DNA of 64,000 nt from Candidatus Poribacteria bacterium (GCA_965218095.1 OZ244587.1:96001-160000); one strand, 5' to 3'. Positions 38,795 through 48,330 are shown, numbered from the stretch's first letter. Translations and numbers: made by a program. The notes: a model not told the origin generated them from the sequence alone.

Positions 38795-40864
38795 ATGAAG
38801 GAATACAGGACGGAACAGATTCGGAATATCGGTATTATCGCACATTCTGGTGCGGGGAAAACTTCACTGATTGAAGCGATACTCTATAACGGAGGCACAA
38901 TTGAGCGGATGGGGCAAGTAGATAATGGAAATTCAGTTTCAGACTACGCTCCCGATGAGATTGAACGCAAAACGACAATTAACTGTTCTGTGTGTGTCGC
39001 CGAATGGAAAGGGTATAAATTAAATGTACTTGATACGCCCGGTGCAGACGATTTTTATGGAGACCTTGATAGCGTGCTCCGTGTGGTAGACGCAGTGATC
39101 GTGGTGATTGATGCGACAACCGGCGTCGAGGGTGGTACGGAAAAGGTGTGGGAAGTCACCAATAAATATGAATTACCCCGGATCATTTTTATTAACAAAA
39201 TGGATAAAGAGAACGCCAGTTTTGATAACGCGCTTGCGAGTGTCGGTGAGATTCTTGAAGCCCGCACAACGGTGATGCACTTGCCAATTGGTAAAGAAGC
39301 CGATTTCAAAGGTGTCGTAGATCTCGTACAGATGAGGGCGTTCATCGAACCGGATGGGAATACGCCAACGCCAAAGTCGGAGATTCCTGCCGAACTCCAA
39401 GAACAGGCTGAGGAAATGCGAGAACAACTTGTTGAGGCTGCGGCAGAAAGCGATGATGAACTGATTGAAAAATTCTTTGAAGGTGAGCTAACTGATGAGG
39501 AAATCAGCGACGGACTGTGCACAGGGTTCTGCGTCAATCAGTTTGTTCCGGTGCTTTGTGGCTCCGCGCTCCAGAATATCGGCATCCAATCGCTGATGGA
39601 TACGATCATCAATTGCTGCCGATCTCCAGCGGATGCCAGGCCGATTATAGGGATCGATGGTGAAACAACTCATGAAGCGTCTCCGGACGCACCGTTATCT
39701 GCGTTGGTCTTCAAGACACTGGCGGATCCATTTGCAGGGCGTCTTAGTTTCTTTCGCGTGTATTCCGGCATTCTAAACGGCGATTCCCAGGTTTACAACG
39801 CGACCAAAGCACAAAATGAGCGGATCGGCAAGCTCTCATTCATGAATGGAAAAGACGCCATTAACACACCACAGGTTGTTGCAGGTGATCTTGGCGTTGT
39901 CGCGAAACTGACGCTTGCGCAAACGAGTGACACGTTCTGCGAAGTCGGGAGTTCATTCCAACTTCCCGAAATCGATTTCCCTAAACCTGTGATTTCATTT
40001 GCAATCAAGCCGGCGCGAGAAGGGGATGACGAGAAATTGAGTTCAACCCTCGCTCGGATGACGGAGGAAGATCCGGCCTTTAAGGTCGAACGGAACAGTA
40101 CAACGAAGCAGTTGCTGGTTTCTGGTCTTGGTGAGGTGCATCTCAACGTCATACGTAATCGAATGAAAGACAAATTCGGGCTTGAGACCGAAACTGAAGC
40201 ACCCAAAGTTCCCTATCAGGAAACGATTCGCGGGCGTGTGAATGGCATCCAGGGCAGGTACAAACGTCAGTCGGGTGGACGCGGGCAATTTGGCGAAGTT
40301 TGGATTAATCTCTCTCCCCTTGAACGCGGTCGTGGTTTTGAATTCATCAACAACATTGTGGGCGGTTCTATCCCACGCAACTATATCCCGGCGGTCGAAA
40401 AAGGCATCCGTGAAGCAATGGCTCAAGGGGTGATTGTGGGCTATCCCTTCGTGGACGCCGAGGTTGATCTTTACGACGGTAAGCACCACGCTGTTGATTC
40501 TTCCGATATGGCTTTCCAGATTGCGGGTTCTTTCGCGTTCAGAGATGCAGCGAGTCAATGCAATCCCGTACTGCTTGAGCCGATTATGAATGTCACGATC
40601 TCCGTCCCCGAGCAGTTCATGGGGGACGTTATCGGCGATCTCAATAGCAAACGCGGCCGAATCATGGGCGTTGAACAGGCAGGAAAACGTCAGGTGATTC
40701 AAGCCAACGTGCCGCTTGCAGAGATGTTCCGTTACTCTATCGACCTCAAATCGATTACGAGCGCCCGAGGCAGCTTCACAATGGAGTTCGGGCGCTACGA
40801 GGAAGTCCCCGATGAGATTGCCCAAAAGGTAATCGCTCAAGTGAAAGCAGAAGCAGATGAGTAG
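38795..40864 (+). CDS. fusA: elongation factor G paralogue (EF-G2-like)
   Basis: Full EF-G architecture (NKMD, KRQSGGRGQF, HAVDSSDMAF, LLEPIM) with divergent G motifs AHSGAGKT and DTPGADDF; not next to rpsL/rpsG/tuf. Confidence 0.93.
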   Translation: MKEYRTEQIRNIGIIAHSGAGKTSLIEAILYNGGTIERMGQVDNGNSVSDYAPDEIERKTTINCSVCVAEWKGYKLNVLDTPGADDFYGDLDSVLRVVDAVIVVIDATTGVEGGTEKVWEVTNKYELPRIIFINKMDKENASFDNALASVGEILEARTTVMHLPIGKEADFKGVVDLVQMRAFIEPDGNTPTPKSEIPAELQEQAEEMREQLVEAAAESDDELIEKFFEGELTDEEISDGLCTGFCVNQFVPVLCGSALQNIGIQSLMDTIINCCRSPADARPIIGIDGETTHEASPDAPLSALVFKTLADPFAGRLSFFRVYSGILNGDSQVYNATKAQNERIGKLSFMNGKDAINTPQVVAGDLGVVAKLTLAQTSDTFCEVGSSFQLPEIDFPKPVISFAIKPAREGDDEKLSSTLARMTEEDPAFKVERNSTTKQLLVSGLGEVHLNVIRNRMKDKFGLETETEAPKVPYQETIRGRVNGIQGRYKRQSGGRGQFGEVWINLSPLERGRGFEFINNIVGGSIPRNYIPAVEKGIREAMAQGVIVGYPFVDAEVDLYDGKHHAVDSSDMAFQIAGSFAFRDAASQCNPVLLEPIMNVTISVPEQFMGDVIGDLNSKRGRIMGVEQAGKRQVIQANVPLAEMFRYSIDLKSITSARGSFTMEFGRYEEVPDEIAQKVIAQVKAEADE

Positions 40865-40994
40865 ATAAATACGTTTTGCGTGAAAATTAAAACAAAACGT
40901 GGACGAAATCCCCTCGATACGTGGAGATTTCTGAAGTGTACATTAGCGCGCGAAATAGTGTGGGTGAATGAAACCCCTATGACTACTGAATCGC

Positions 40995-41029
40995 AGCCTC
41001 GCGTAACTTCGGTTATGTGAGGCTTTTTT
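40995..41029 (+). terminator. intrinsic terminator
   Basis: AGCCTCGCGTAAC-TTCG-GTTATGTGAGGCT followed by a T-tract. Confidence 0.85.
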
Positions 41030-41095
41030 ATTGCTTCCAGTTAAGTGTCCGTGCGAAAATAAGGATGTTTCTATCATCTTCTGAACTCATTCAGT

Positions 41096-41839
41096 GTGGT
41101 TGATGGGGTGATTTATGTCATTGGTGGGGTAAATTGGTGGCTGCCCACACCCATGCGCAGTACCGTTGAAGCGTATGACTCCGTAACCGATACGTGGTCA
41201 GAAAAGGCGGACATGTCAGCGCCGAAGGCGTGGCTGACTACCGCAGCGGTCAATGGAAGAATCTACGCCATCGGCGGTATGCAGAGGCTCCCCAATGGGG
41301 ATTGGACAATATTGGACGACGTCGAAGAATACGACCGTGTGAGAGATGTGTGGACGAAAAAGCAGGACATGCCGGCCCCAAGAGCTTTCTTAGGGGCTGC
41401 GGTCGTTGATGATAGAATTTATGTCACTGACGGCTTTGGTGTTGAATTTCTCTTGTCGAGGGTCGAAATCTACACTCCCGCTAAGGACAGGTGGAGCAAC
41501 GGGAGCCTGATGCCGATGCCACTAGAAACTGTCAAAGTCGGGGTAGATGGAAAAATCTATGTGATTGGCGGTGAGAACACATCGCCGCTTGTGGAAATTT
41601 ACGATACCACAACCCGAAAATGGTCGGTGGGAACTCAGATGCCAACGGGCAGAGACCGTTTATCGACCAGTGTGGTCAATGGAAAAATCTATGCCATTGG
41701 TGGCGCGAATGCAGACCTAGACGCGGCATACAAGACGGTAGAAGTCTACGACCCTCAAGGCGACCCCAATGAGCCATTCGCGGTTTCTCCACAAGGCAGG
41801 TTGGCAACGATGTGGGGAGAGATAAAAGAGCGCCATTAG
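41096..41839 (+). CDS. Kelch-repeat protein, probably 5'-truncated
   Basis: Five Kelch repeats (GxIYxIGG...VExYD...W). It begins mid-repeat with no signal peptide and ends in AVSPQGRLATMWGEIK. Confidence 0.8.
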   Translation: MVDGVIYVIGGVNWWLPTPMRSTVEAYDSVTDTWSEKADMSAPKAWLTTAAVNGRIYAIGGMQRLPNGDWTILDDVEEYDRVRDVWTKKQDMPAPRAFLGAAVVDDRIYVTDGFGVEFLLSRVEIYTPAKDRWSNGSLMPMPLETVKVGVDGKIYVIGGENTSPLVEIYDTTTRKWSVGTQMPTGRDRLSTSVVNGKIYAIGGANADLDAAYKTVEVYDPQGDPNEPFAVSPQGRLATMWGEIKERH

Positions 41840-41859
41840 CGTACGGGTGTGGCAATTCA

Positions 41860-42060
41860 AGCGGCTTGGCACTGGCGCCAATAGCTTTCTGGTCATTGAG
41901 CATCATCTCTCTGAAAGCCACGACGTTATCAGCTCCGTCTCGACTCCAATTCTGTCCTCGGAATTTCAAGCGATGGCAGACCAGTAAATCAATAGTCTTT
42001 TCCACAAAGACGCTGCTAATGAAATACCCATTTTTTCGGTAGATATGGTAATCAGGTAAA
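41860..42060 (-). mobile_element. ISKra4/ISLre2-like transposase C-terminal relic
   Basis: YRKNGYFISSVFVEKTIDLLVCHRLKFRGQNWSRDGADNVVAFR matches the IGSGxVE...RxK..G..WS..GA motif. Confidence 0.65.
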
Positions 42061-42307
42061 TGTCACTAACGTGTGAAAGCCTTTTGGGGTCTCCCTCTCC
42101 GCTTAGGCAGTTGCCAAAGCGGTGCTGGCGCCACATAGCAGAACAGTTGTCTGACACGCCATTGATGATCTGTTATCCCGGCGACCGTCGCCGGCGTGTA
42201 TTCACCCATCTTTCTTTCCTCCTAAAAAAAGAATGTCAGAGAGTGTGTCCCGAAAATTCCCAGTGGGACACACTTTCTGAGTGATGAAATTTCTTCTGCC
42301 AAAAGTT

Positions 42308-43360
42308 TCAGAACGAACGTGACATCGTAAGGGAAACAGTTGTTCCGAGTTCAAAAGCGTCACCTTCATCTGATAATGTCCTTCGGTGCAATGGCAGCAT
42401 AACGGAAAAGCGTGTTGGTATGTCGTATCCAGCATTCACCGTTGTACCGAACAACACTGCATTGAGTACTAAACCTGAGTTAATATCCCGCTCACCGTCC
42501 CAGTGGGCGTAGGATTGGTAAAACCCCAGATAGGTCGTATGAAGCGCAAGCCAATCTAGCAGGTGATATTTCACTTCTGCTGTCGAAGTTACTTCCACAG
42601 ACCCACGATAGGTTTTGCTGTTTTCATAGAACGGAAATTGCCCTCTGACAGAAGCACTCAGCGAAAAATCACTAAAGAGTGGCGTTCCGTAATGTAGTTC
42701 AGCCAATGGATTGAACGTCCTTGTTCCAAACTGGATATGGAGATGTTCCAATCCAGCATCACCCAACTCGAATGGGTTTTCCTCTGTCTTGCCTATCGGA
42801 ATGCTCGTTCCCAGTGATGCAACCAGGTCGTCGCTTTCGCGCAAGACACCAAACCTTCTGTGAGAAAACAGAAGCCTGAAATCGGAGAATCCTCGATAGG
42901 TTTCATCGCGGTGGTGGATATTCTGGTTTGCAAGTATCGCCCCGCGCTCGCGGGGGGACGTGGATTCAATTTCCTCAACGCTTGCGTCCTGACTCTTGAT
43001 TCCATAAGGCACACTGAGTAAGACTTCCCAGCTATCAGCTATGCTATACCCAATGCCCAAATCCACACGAAGAAAATCAAGAGAGACAAGGTGTCTGTGC
43101 AGTGGTGACTTAATAACTTGCCGAGTCGGGGAAAGTCCCTTCGTCTCTAAATGTCCACCGTCAGAGTCAAAACCTCTTAGTACATTGAGAGAGACCCGAA
43201 ATTTACGTGTGTCTTCTGAAGCCGAACCGACTTCATCTATCCCGCTACGCGGAATTGCGGGATTGCTTCAAGCGCCGCACGATTCTTGACCGAATGCAAA
43301 CGGCAAGAGATGGAAGAAACCAAGTAGCAGCGTGGTTAAAAAGACTGTCGTTTTCATCAT
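42308..43360 (-). CDS. putative selenocysteine-containing (CxxU) outer-membrane beta-barrel protein
   Basis: GAGGTG RBS, ATG 43360, signal peptide ending AFG, then QES-C-G-A-TGA (43268-70) with the same frame open to 42308. Amphipathic strands, terminal Phe and a SECIS-like hairpin. Confidence 0.75.
43239..43255 (-). promoter_or_regulatory. putative bacterial SECIS element
   Basis: AUUCCGC-GUA-GCGGGAU, loop at +20..+22 after the UGA, the same position as in the UGSC gene. Confidence 0.65.
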
Positions 43361-43456
43361 TCACCTCAAGTAATCAATGAATAGAAATAAATAGAGCGAT
43401 GCACTAAGGCTGTCAATTGAGAATCAAAGACTGACAAAGCCTCAGAAACTGTAAAA

Positions 43457-43903
43457 TTAGATATGAGAAAATTTGGGAGGTGAATGCGGTGGGGCGCGAG
43501 GGGAAGCCTGACAGATAGGAAAATATTCGTAGAAATTTAGGAATGGTCGAGGTCGGAGAGTGGTTTCATAAGAAGAAGAGAAAGCAGAAGGGGAAGGAAG
43601 TATGACGGTTAGCGAAAATGTTGTGTGAAATAGCTTGCTCAAATCCAAATCGTTAGATTCGTTTGGGATGGTGAGTTTCAATCCAACGAAGCAACAGTTT
43701 CCAATTTGAGGCTTTTCCTGTTGAGGCGTATTTTTAGTCCCTGTGTTGCAGTGATTTGAGCAGCTTGGGCATGATGGGATTTTTCCAATTGAGGTGGAGT
43801 CCAGGACAGAGAATCCACAATCCCCCTGCATGAGGGCTGGACAGAGATTGTAGAATGAAAAGCCGAAAAGGAAAAGGATAGATATAATTGGCTTTATCTT
43901 CAT
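43457..43903 (-). CDS. Cys-rich leader protein with C-terminal RAPP motif (DUF2946/CruR-like)
   Basis: N-terminal hydrophobic segment, CPSCSNHC and CC clusters, C-terminal SPRAPP; upstream of an outer-membrane protein gene. Confidence 0.7.
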   Translation of the reverse strand: MKIKPIISILFLFGFSFYNLCPALMQGDCGFSVLDSTSIGKIPSCPSCSNHCNTGTKNTPQQEKPQIGNCCFVGLKLTIPNESNDLDLSKLFHTTFSLTVILPSPSAFSSSYETTLRPRPFLNFYEYFPICQASPRAPPHSPPKFSHI

Positions 43904-43947
43904 CGTTGATTTAGCTCTACGAGGTGTTGTGAAGGGCAATGGACAAG

Positions 43948-43977
43948 ATTATACAGGATAGTTTCCTTCGGATTCAA
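43948..43977 (-). promoter_or_regulatory. sigma70 promoter of the RAPP leader gene
   Basis: TTGAAT-N18-TATAAT on the minus strand. Confidence 0.55.
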
Positions 43978-44125
43978 GGTGCGTTTACTATGATACTTGG
44001 ACGATTAGGGCGTCGGTGGGTTTACTGCTAGTGTTTAAATATTTACCCCTGCTTCCTCTGCACACATAAATGCGGTAGCTTCTTCAGCGCAGTTTTCTGT
44101 GAGCCGGAAAACGGGAAATCGGGAT

Positions 44126-45616
44126 TTATGAAGATGTCACCAACTTCGTAGAAATCTTGAGACGGCGCCGTACGAACTGTGATACGGAGTCAATGCACAT
44201 GTTGAGCACCGCCGTGACAAGAATAAGTAGAATCACCTTATCAAGCTGGTCATCGGAAATTGCACTGTCAATATAAAATCCCAGCGTGTAGATGCCAAGG
44301 AGGCCGAGGATGGCGGACTCCCGCATCATCACCTCCCAACGGTAAAACAGGAAGGCAAGGAACTGTCCGTATACCCGCGGAAGGATCTCAAAAAAATACC
44401 GGTCCATCCGTTTGCGGGGCGCATCCATCCGTAGGGAGATCAGGTCTGCGTTGTTGCTGCTCAGGAAGGCGAGGATGGCCCCATTGTGCAACAAAATTGC
44501 CCAGACAGCCGGGAGCATGGACGGCCCCCAGAGTTGTACAAAGATATACGCCAGAATGTACTCCGGGGTTGTGCGAATGACGATCAGGGCGTAGTGCGAA
44601 ATCCGATTAGCGATCTTCCCCGCGAAATGCCGGCAGGCTGAAGGAAAGCTCAACAGCGTAAACACGCCGGTCCCCATCAGCACGATCTGTGTTAGCACCA
44701 CCGTGTTCCACACCCCTTCCCATGCCTCTTGGACAAAAATCTCCTTCGCCCATCGCAGGACGGGGCCCCAGGCGAACGATACCGCGTGGGTACCATCCAT
44801 CAACCCCTCCCGGCGCATTGGCCACGGCAGAATCTCGTACGTGAAGAAGCGAAGGACGTTTTCCCAGGACAGTGCGATTTCCTGTGACAGCAGCACAAAC
44901 GCCGCCGCAACATAAAATGGCGCCAGACGGGGCTTGAGCCAGTACTTGAGTGAGGCAACCAGGAGGTAGAAAGCGTAGAGCAGCGCCGCAGCCTCTGAGT
45001 ACATGCCTTCGCGAAATGCGGTCTCAAGATGAAATCCGAGCGTCGGCAGCCCAATGAATCCGAGAATCGCGCTGGAGCGTAGGGCGCACTCGAAACGGTA
45101 GCCGGTATAGTGTTTGGCGTCGGCATAGATGATAGGAAGGATGCCATAGACAAAGCGGCTCAAACCTCCAGACGCTCTAGGAACGCCCTCTAGTGGACGC
45201 CGATCCGACTCCTGAATAATCTCTGCATACACCTTGGCAAAGATACCAGCATAGGGAATCGCGATGGCGAGCACACCGCAGATTGGGTTGAGTCCAACAA
45301 TAGGGAGGAAGATGAAAGCCCAGAAAATCTCGTGAATGGCGCGGATAAAAGCGCAGAACAACCTGACAGGGGTAAAACGGAAGACGAACGCCAGCCCGAT
45401 ACCAAGTACTACACCCAGAAAAATACCGCAGAGGGCAAAGACCACCGTGTTGAGCAGCGCAGATTTCAAACCCCAGAGGGCAGGAACATCCGGGGTGATT
45501 GCGCCCCAGGCCATTCGGCTCAGTTCTGTCCAGGGGTGCAATGTGGAGATTTCAAGGTCTGCCAACAGGAGAGCTATCAGGGCAATCGCGACAAAGAAAA
45601 GGCTGGTTCTCAACAT
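44126..45616 (-). CDS. PhnE-like ABC permease with two fused TM modules (putative selenate/phosphonate-type)
   Basis: Duplicated motifs RAIHEIFWA/YRFECALRSSAILG and RTTPEYILA/YRWEVMMRESAILG. Confidence 0.88.
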   Translation of the reverse strand: MLRTSLFFVAIALIALLLADLEISTLHPWTELSRMAWGAITPDVPALWGLKSALLNTVVFALCGIFLGVVLGIGLAFVFRFTPVRLFCAFIRAIHEIFWAFIFLPIVGLNPICGVLAIAIPYAGIFAKVYAEIIQESDRRPLEGVPRASGGLSRFVYGILPIIYADAKHYTGYRFECALRSSAILGFIGLPTLGFHLETAFREGMYSEAAALLYAFYLLVASLKYWLKPRLAPFYVAAAFVLLSQEIALSWENVLRFFTYEILPWPMRREGLMDGTHAVSFAWGPVLRWAKEIFVQEAWEGVWNTVVLTQIVLMGTGVFTLLSFPSACRHFAGKIANRISHYALIVIRTTPEYILAYIFVQLWGPSMLPAVWAILLHNGAILAFLSSNNADLISLRMDAPRKRMDRYFFEILPRVYGQFLAFLFYRWEVMMRESAILGLLGIYTLGFYIDSAISDDQLDKVILLILVTAVLNMCIDSVSQFVRRRLKISTKLVTSS

Positions 45617-45648
45617 AGCAATGGTATAACCTTTGAAAGGTTCTGAAT

Positions 45649-46335
45649 TTAAAGGGTTTTCTCATTCCGATACAGTTCCGTAAGCATTGTTTGCGTCACT
45701 TCCCCGGCTGGCAGATCGAATTGAATCTCCCCATCACGAAGCCCGACCATCCGTTGTGCGAACTTTAGGGCGAATTCCACCGCGTGCAGTGACACCACAA
45801 CGGTTTCCGTATTCTGGATAATGATTTCCATCACCGTGCCTGCCTGGTGGGGGTCTATTGAGGATACCGGTTCATCCGCCAACAGGATATCCTCTCCGCG
45901 GTAAATCGCACGCGCAACGGCTACCCGCTGCTGCTGTCCTCCAGACAGCGCACCAGCCTTTTCAAAGGTTTTCTCCTCCATCCCCAGTGCGCGTAGGATG
46001 GGAGCGATTTCCCGCAACACCTTCTTCTGCGGCTTAATTAGGTTCAGGAGATTGTAGGCTGTGGAATGCCGATCAAGCCGCCCAATATAGATATTGTGGA
46101 AGGCAGAGAGCTGCGGCGCCAGGGCATAGTGCTGATGCACAAATGCAGACTGGTCCGCAACGCTTTCGTAGAGTGTGCGCAGCAAGGTGGTTTTGCCGGC
46201 GCCGCTCGGACCCACCAGCGCGACCTTTTCTCCCCTGTCGATTTGCAGAGTGATATTTTTCAAGGCAACGTTGTGTTGGTAGGCTACACTTTCTGCAACC
46301 AGACTAAACAGCGCGGTATCGGCAGGTGACTTCAT
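45649..46335 (-). CDS. PhnC-like ABC ATP-binding protein
   Basis: GPSGAGKT, LSGGQQQRVA, LLADEP and VSLH motifs. Confidence 0.93.
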   Translation of the reverse strand: MKSPADTALFSLVAESVAYQHNVALKNITLQIDRGEKVALVGPSGAGKTTLLRTLYESVADQSAFVHQHYALAPQLSAFHNIYIGRLDRHSTAYNLLNLIKPQKKVLREIAPILRALGMEEKTFEKAGALSGGQQQRVAVARAIYRGEDILLADEPVSSIDPHQAGTVMEIIIQNTETVVVSLHAVEFALKFAQRMVGLRDGEIQFDLPAGEVTQTMLTELYRNEKTL

Positions 46336-46521
46336 ATCCCAGTAATTGAAGATGAAAGATGAAAACTGAAGAACTAGCCCTCATCAAAACAGTTCTATCG
46401 TACAAACATCAGCGTTTGAAAATGTTGTACTGTTCGACAAATTCATCATAGGTTGTGAGTGCTTCTTTCGTGTCTTTATCAAGAATTTTGATTTGACAAG
46501 GTAACCATCCCAACTTGCCGA

Positions 46522-46689
46522 GGCGGTCTCCTGTAACTTGAGGGCGTCGAGCACCGCTTCATCCGCAATGGCGTCAAATTCAGCGTCCGTGATTCGCCCT
46601 TTCTGTTTGTTTCACAATGCTCTCGAAACCGCCCGTGAGCGAGGTAGGCTCCCGACGACAGTCACGGGAAATTGGGGTATATTTTTCAT
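46522..46689 (-). pseudogene. N-terminal relic of a cobalamin-independent methionine synthase-like protein
   Basis: MKNIPQFPVTVVGSLPRSRAVSRAL*NKQKGRITDAEFDAIADEAVLDALKLQETA, then similarity stops. Confidence 0.7.
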
Positions 46690-46818
46690 CGATTAAACAT
46701 CCGGCACTATTATTTATTGGACTTACGCAGTTGAACAGACGGATTAAATTTCCAACCTTCTTGTGTCCAACGGGGGTTCGGATGGCTTGGTTTGGCTGTC
46801 GCCGCCTTGTTGAGATGA

Positions 46819-47949
46819 TTATTTTTCGATAAGGAATAGGAATTCTCTATTTGGCAGTTCCGCATCGCTTAGCCATTCATTGGTCCAGCACATTCTAGCC
46901 ATCACGTTCTTTTTGTAATCGATTTCTATCACATCCAAGAGCGTACCGTTCGCCCTGATGACCTCGTTGAGCTCATCCGCTGTTGCGCGACCGCCAGAGC
47001 TGTATGACAAGATGACGAACTTGGCTTGCACCCTTCTGATGAGACGCTCAATTGCCTCAACCGCGACAAATTGACCGCTACCATCACGGCGGAATTCTTC
47101 AAAAACGGATGATGCAACCTTGTCGGATGTGTCTGTTCTTCGTTTCGCTTTTCCAAAGAGTTCCGCCCGATCGTAAAGGCAGATGCTTGTCCAAATGTGA
47201 TAGTAAGCGGCGTATCGCACCCGTGAAGGCGGCATCTTCTCGCTATTAGAACCGTAAGGCGGATCGAGATATGCCAAATCTACATCGACATCATTGATTA
47301 TCTCAAAGACATCAGCACGAGACACCTGATGCTCATGCTCGGTCGAAAAGAGCATCGGCACCCTTAACTGAAGATGATTGTAAGATCGAGGAGACCAGTC
47401 TTTGAGGTATGAGGCGAAATGCCCAAGGGTGCTATCAACTTTATCAAGTGCAAGAATCAGACTCGTTATGGCGACCGCTTTATCAACAGTCTCGAGATGG
47501 AGAGATTCTATTTCATCACGGATGCCATCCAGCTTTCTTGTGTTGTGTATTTGCCAAGGCTTCTTCATGCCATCCGACTGAATCGCCGATCCGCCATTCG
47601 GCAGCCCACCGTAGTGTTCGGTGAACCAACCATCAACCGGCTTTGTGTGATTGAGGTGAGCTATCAGCTCCTTATATGCATCCGGTCTCTTTTGGGTTCG
47701 CAAGTAGCAGTCGCCCAAAACCTCAGACCACACGGCGATGTCGTTGCAATAAACGCTGTATCCCGATTTGGCAAAGGCTTGAGAGACACGGGTGGTGCCT
47801 GAAAAGGCGTCAAATACCGTCTCTGCTTTAACTCGTTTAGCGAGTTGGAGAATATATGGGAGCAACTTGAGTTTTGAGCCGGCATATTTGATGCCTTCTG
47901 TGGGTGGCGCGTCAACGACAAGCTCATCAAATAGTGATCGTGCCTGCAT
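46819..47949 (-). CDS. D12-class N6-adenine DNA methyltransferase
   Basis: KYAGSKLKLL, motif I FDAFSGT and motif IV YLDPPY in alpha order. ATG 47949 overlaps an upstream TAA. Confidence 0.9.
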   Translation of the reverse strand: MQARSLFDELVVDAPPTEGIKYAGSKLKLLPYILQLAKRVKAETVFDAFSGTTRVSQAFAKSGYSVYCNDIAVWSEVLGDCYLRTQKRPDAYKELIAHLNHTKPVDGWFTEHYGGLPNGGSAIQSDGMKKPWQIHNTRKLDGIRDEIESLHLETVDKAVAITSLILALDKVDSTLGHFASYLKDWSPRSYNHLQLRVPMLFSTEHEHQVSRADVFEIINDVDVDLAYLDPPYGSNSEKMPPSRVRYAAYYHIWTSICLYDRAELFGKAKRRTDTSDKVASSVFEEFRRDGSGQFVAVEAIERLIRRVQAKFVILSYSSGGRATADELNEVIRANGTLLDVIEIDYKKNVMARMCWTNEWLSDAELPNREFLFLIEK

Positions 47950-48330
47950 TATTGACCCATCCCTGATATCTTCTTGAGTTGAAAAATATCTTCTTTGACT
48001 TTTTCGAGAGCCCCCTGATGGCCAGCTTCGGAAGATACCAGAGCGTGAGAGAATAGCTTTACGAGAACGAGGTTGTGTGAATAGTCGATCCAACCATTGG
48101 TAATGCTATCAAAGTATTTCAACCCCTTTTTGGTATGAGTCCAAAGGCCACGTTGTAAGGATTAGTAGTCGTCATAGTGATAAATTTCTGCCCAACTCTT
48201 GATTAGACGGATTTTTTCGCATCACACAATACCAGAGGTGTTATACGGAATTTTGCTGATAAACGGCTGGTTAAGTGCTGTACGACTTGAATTTTAATGA
48301 TGCTCTCGCGTTTGTTTATTTGACCTCTTG
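47949..48330 (-). pseudogene. degraded gene coupled to the MTase (probable restriction endonuclease relic)
   Basis: Open C-terminal stretch RGLWTHTKKG...KISGMGQ* ending in a TAATG overlap, with an internal TAA and a frameshift upstream. Confidence 0.45.

Noticed and set aside
40043-40840. Long antisense ORFs opposite fusA, the aldolase, PhyH and others
   Set aside because: Shadow ORFs of well-supported sense genes, with no motifs.
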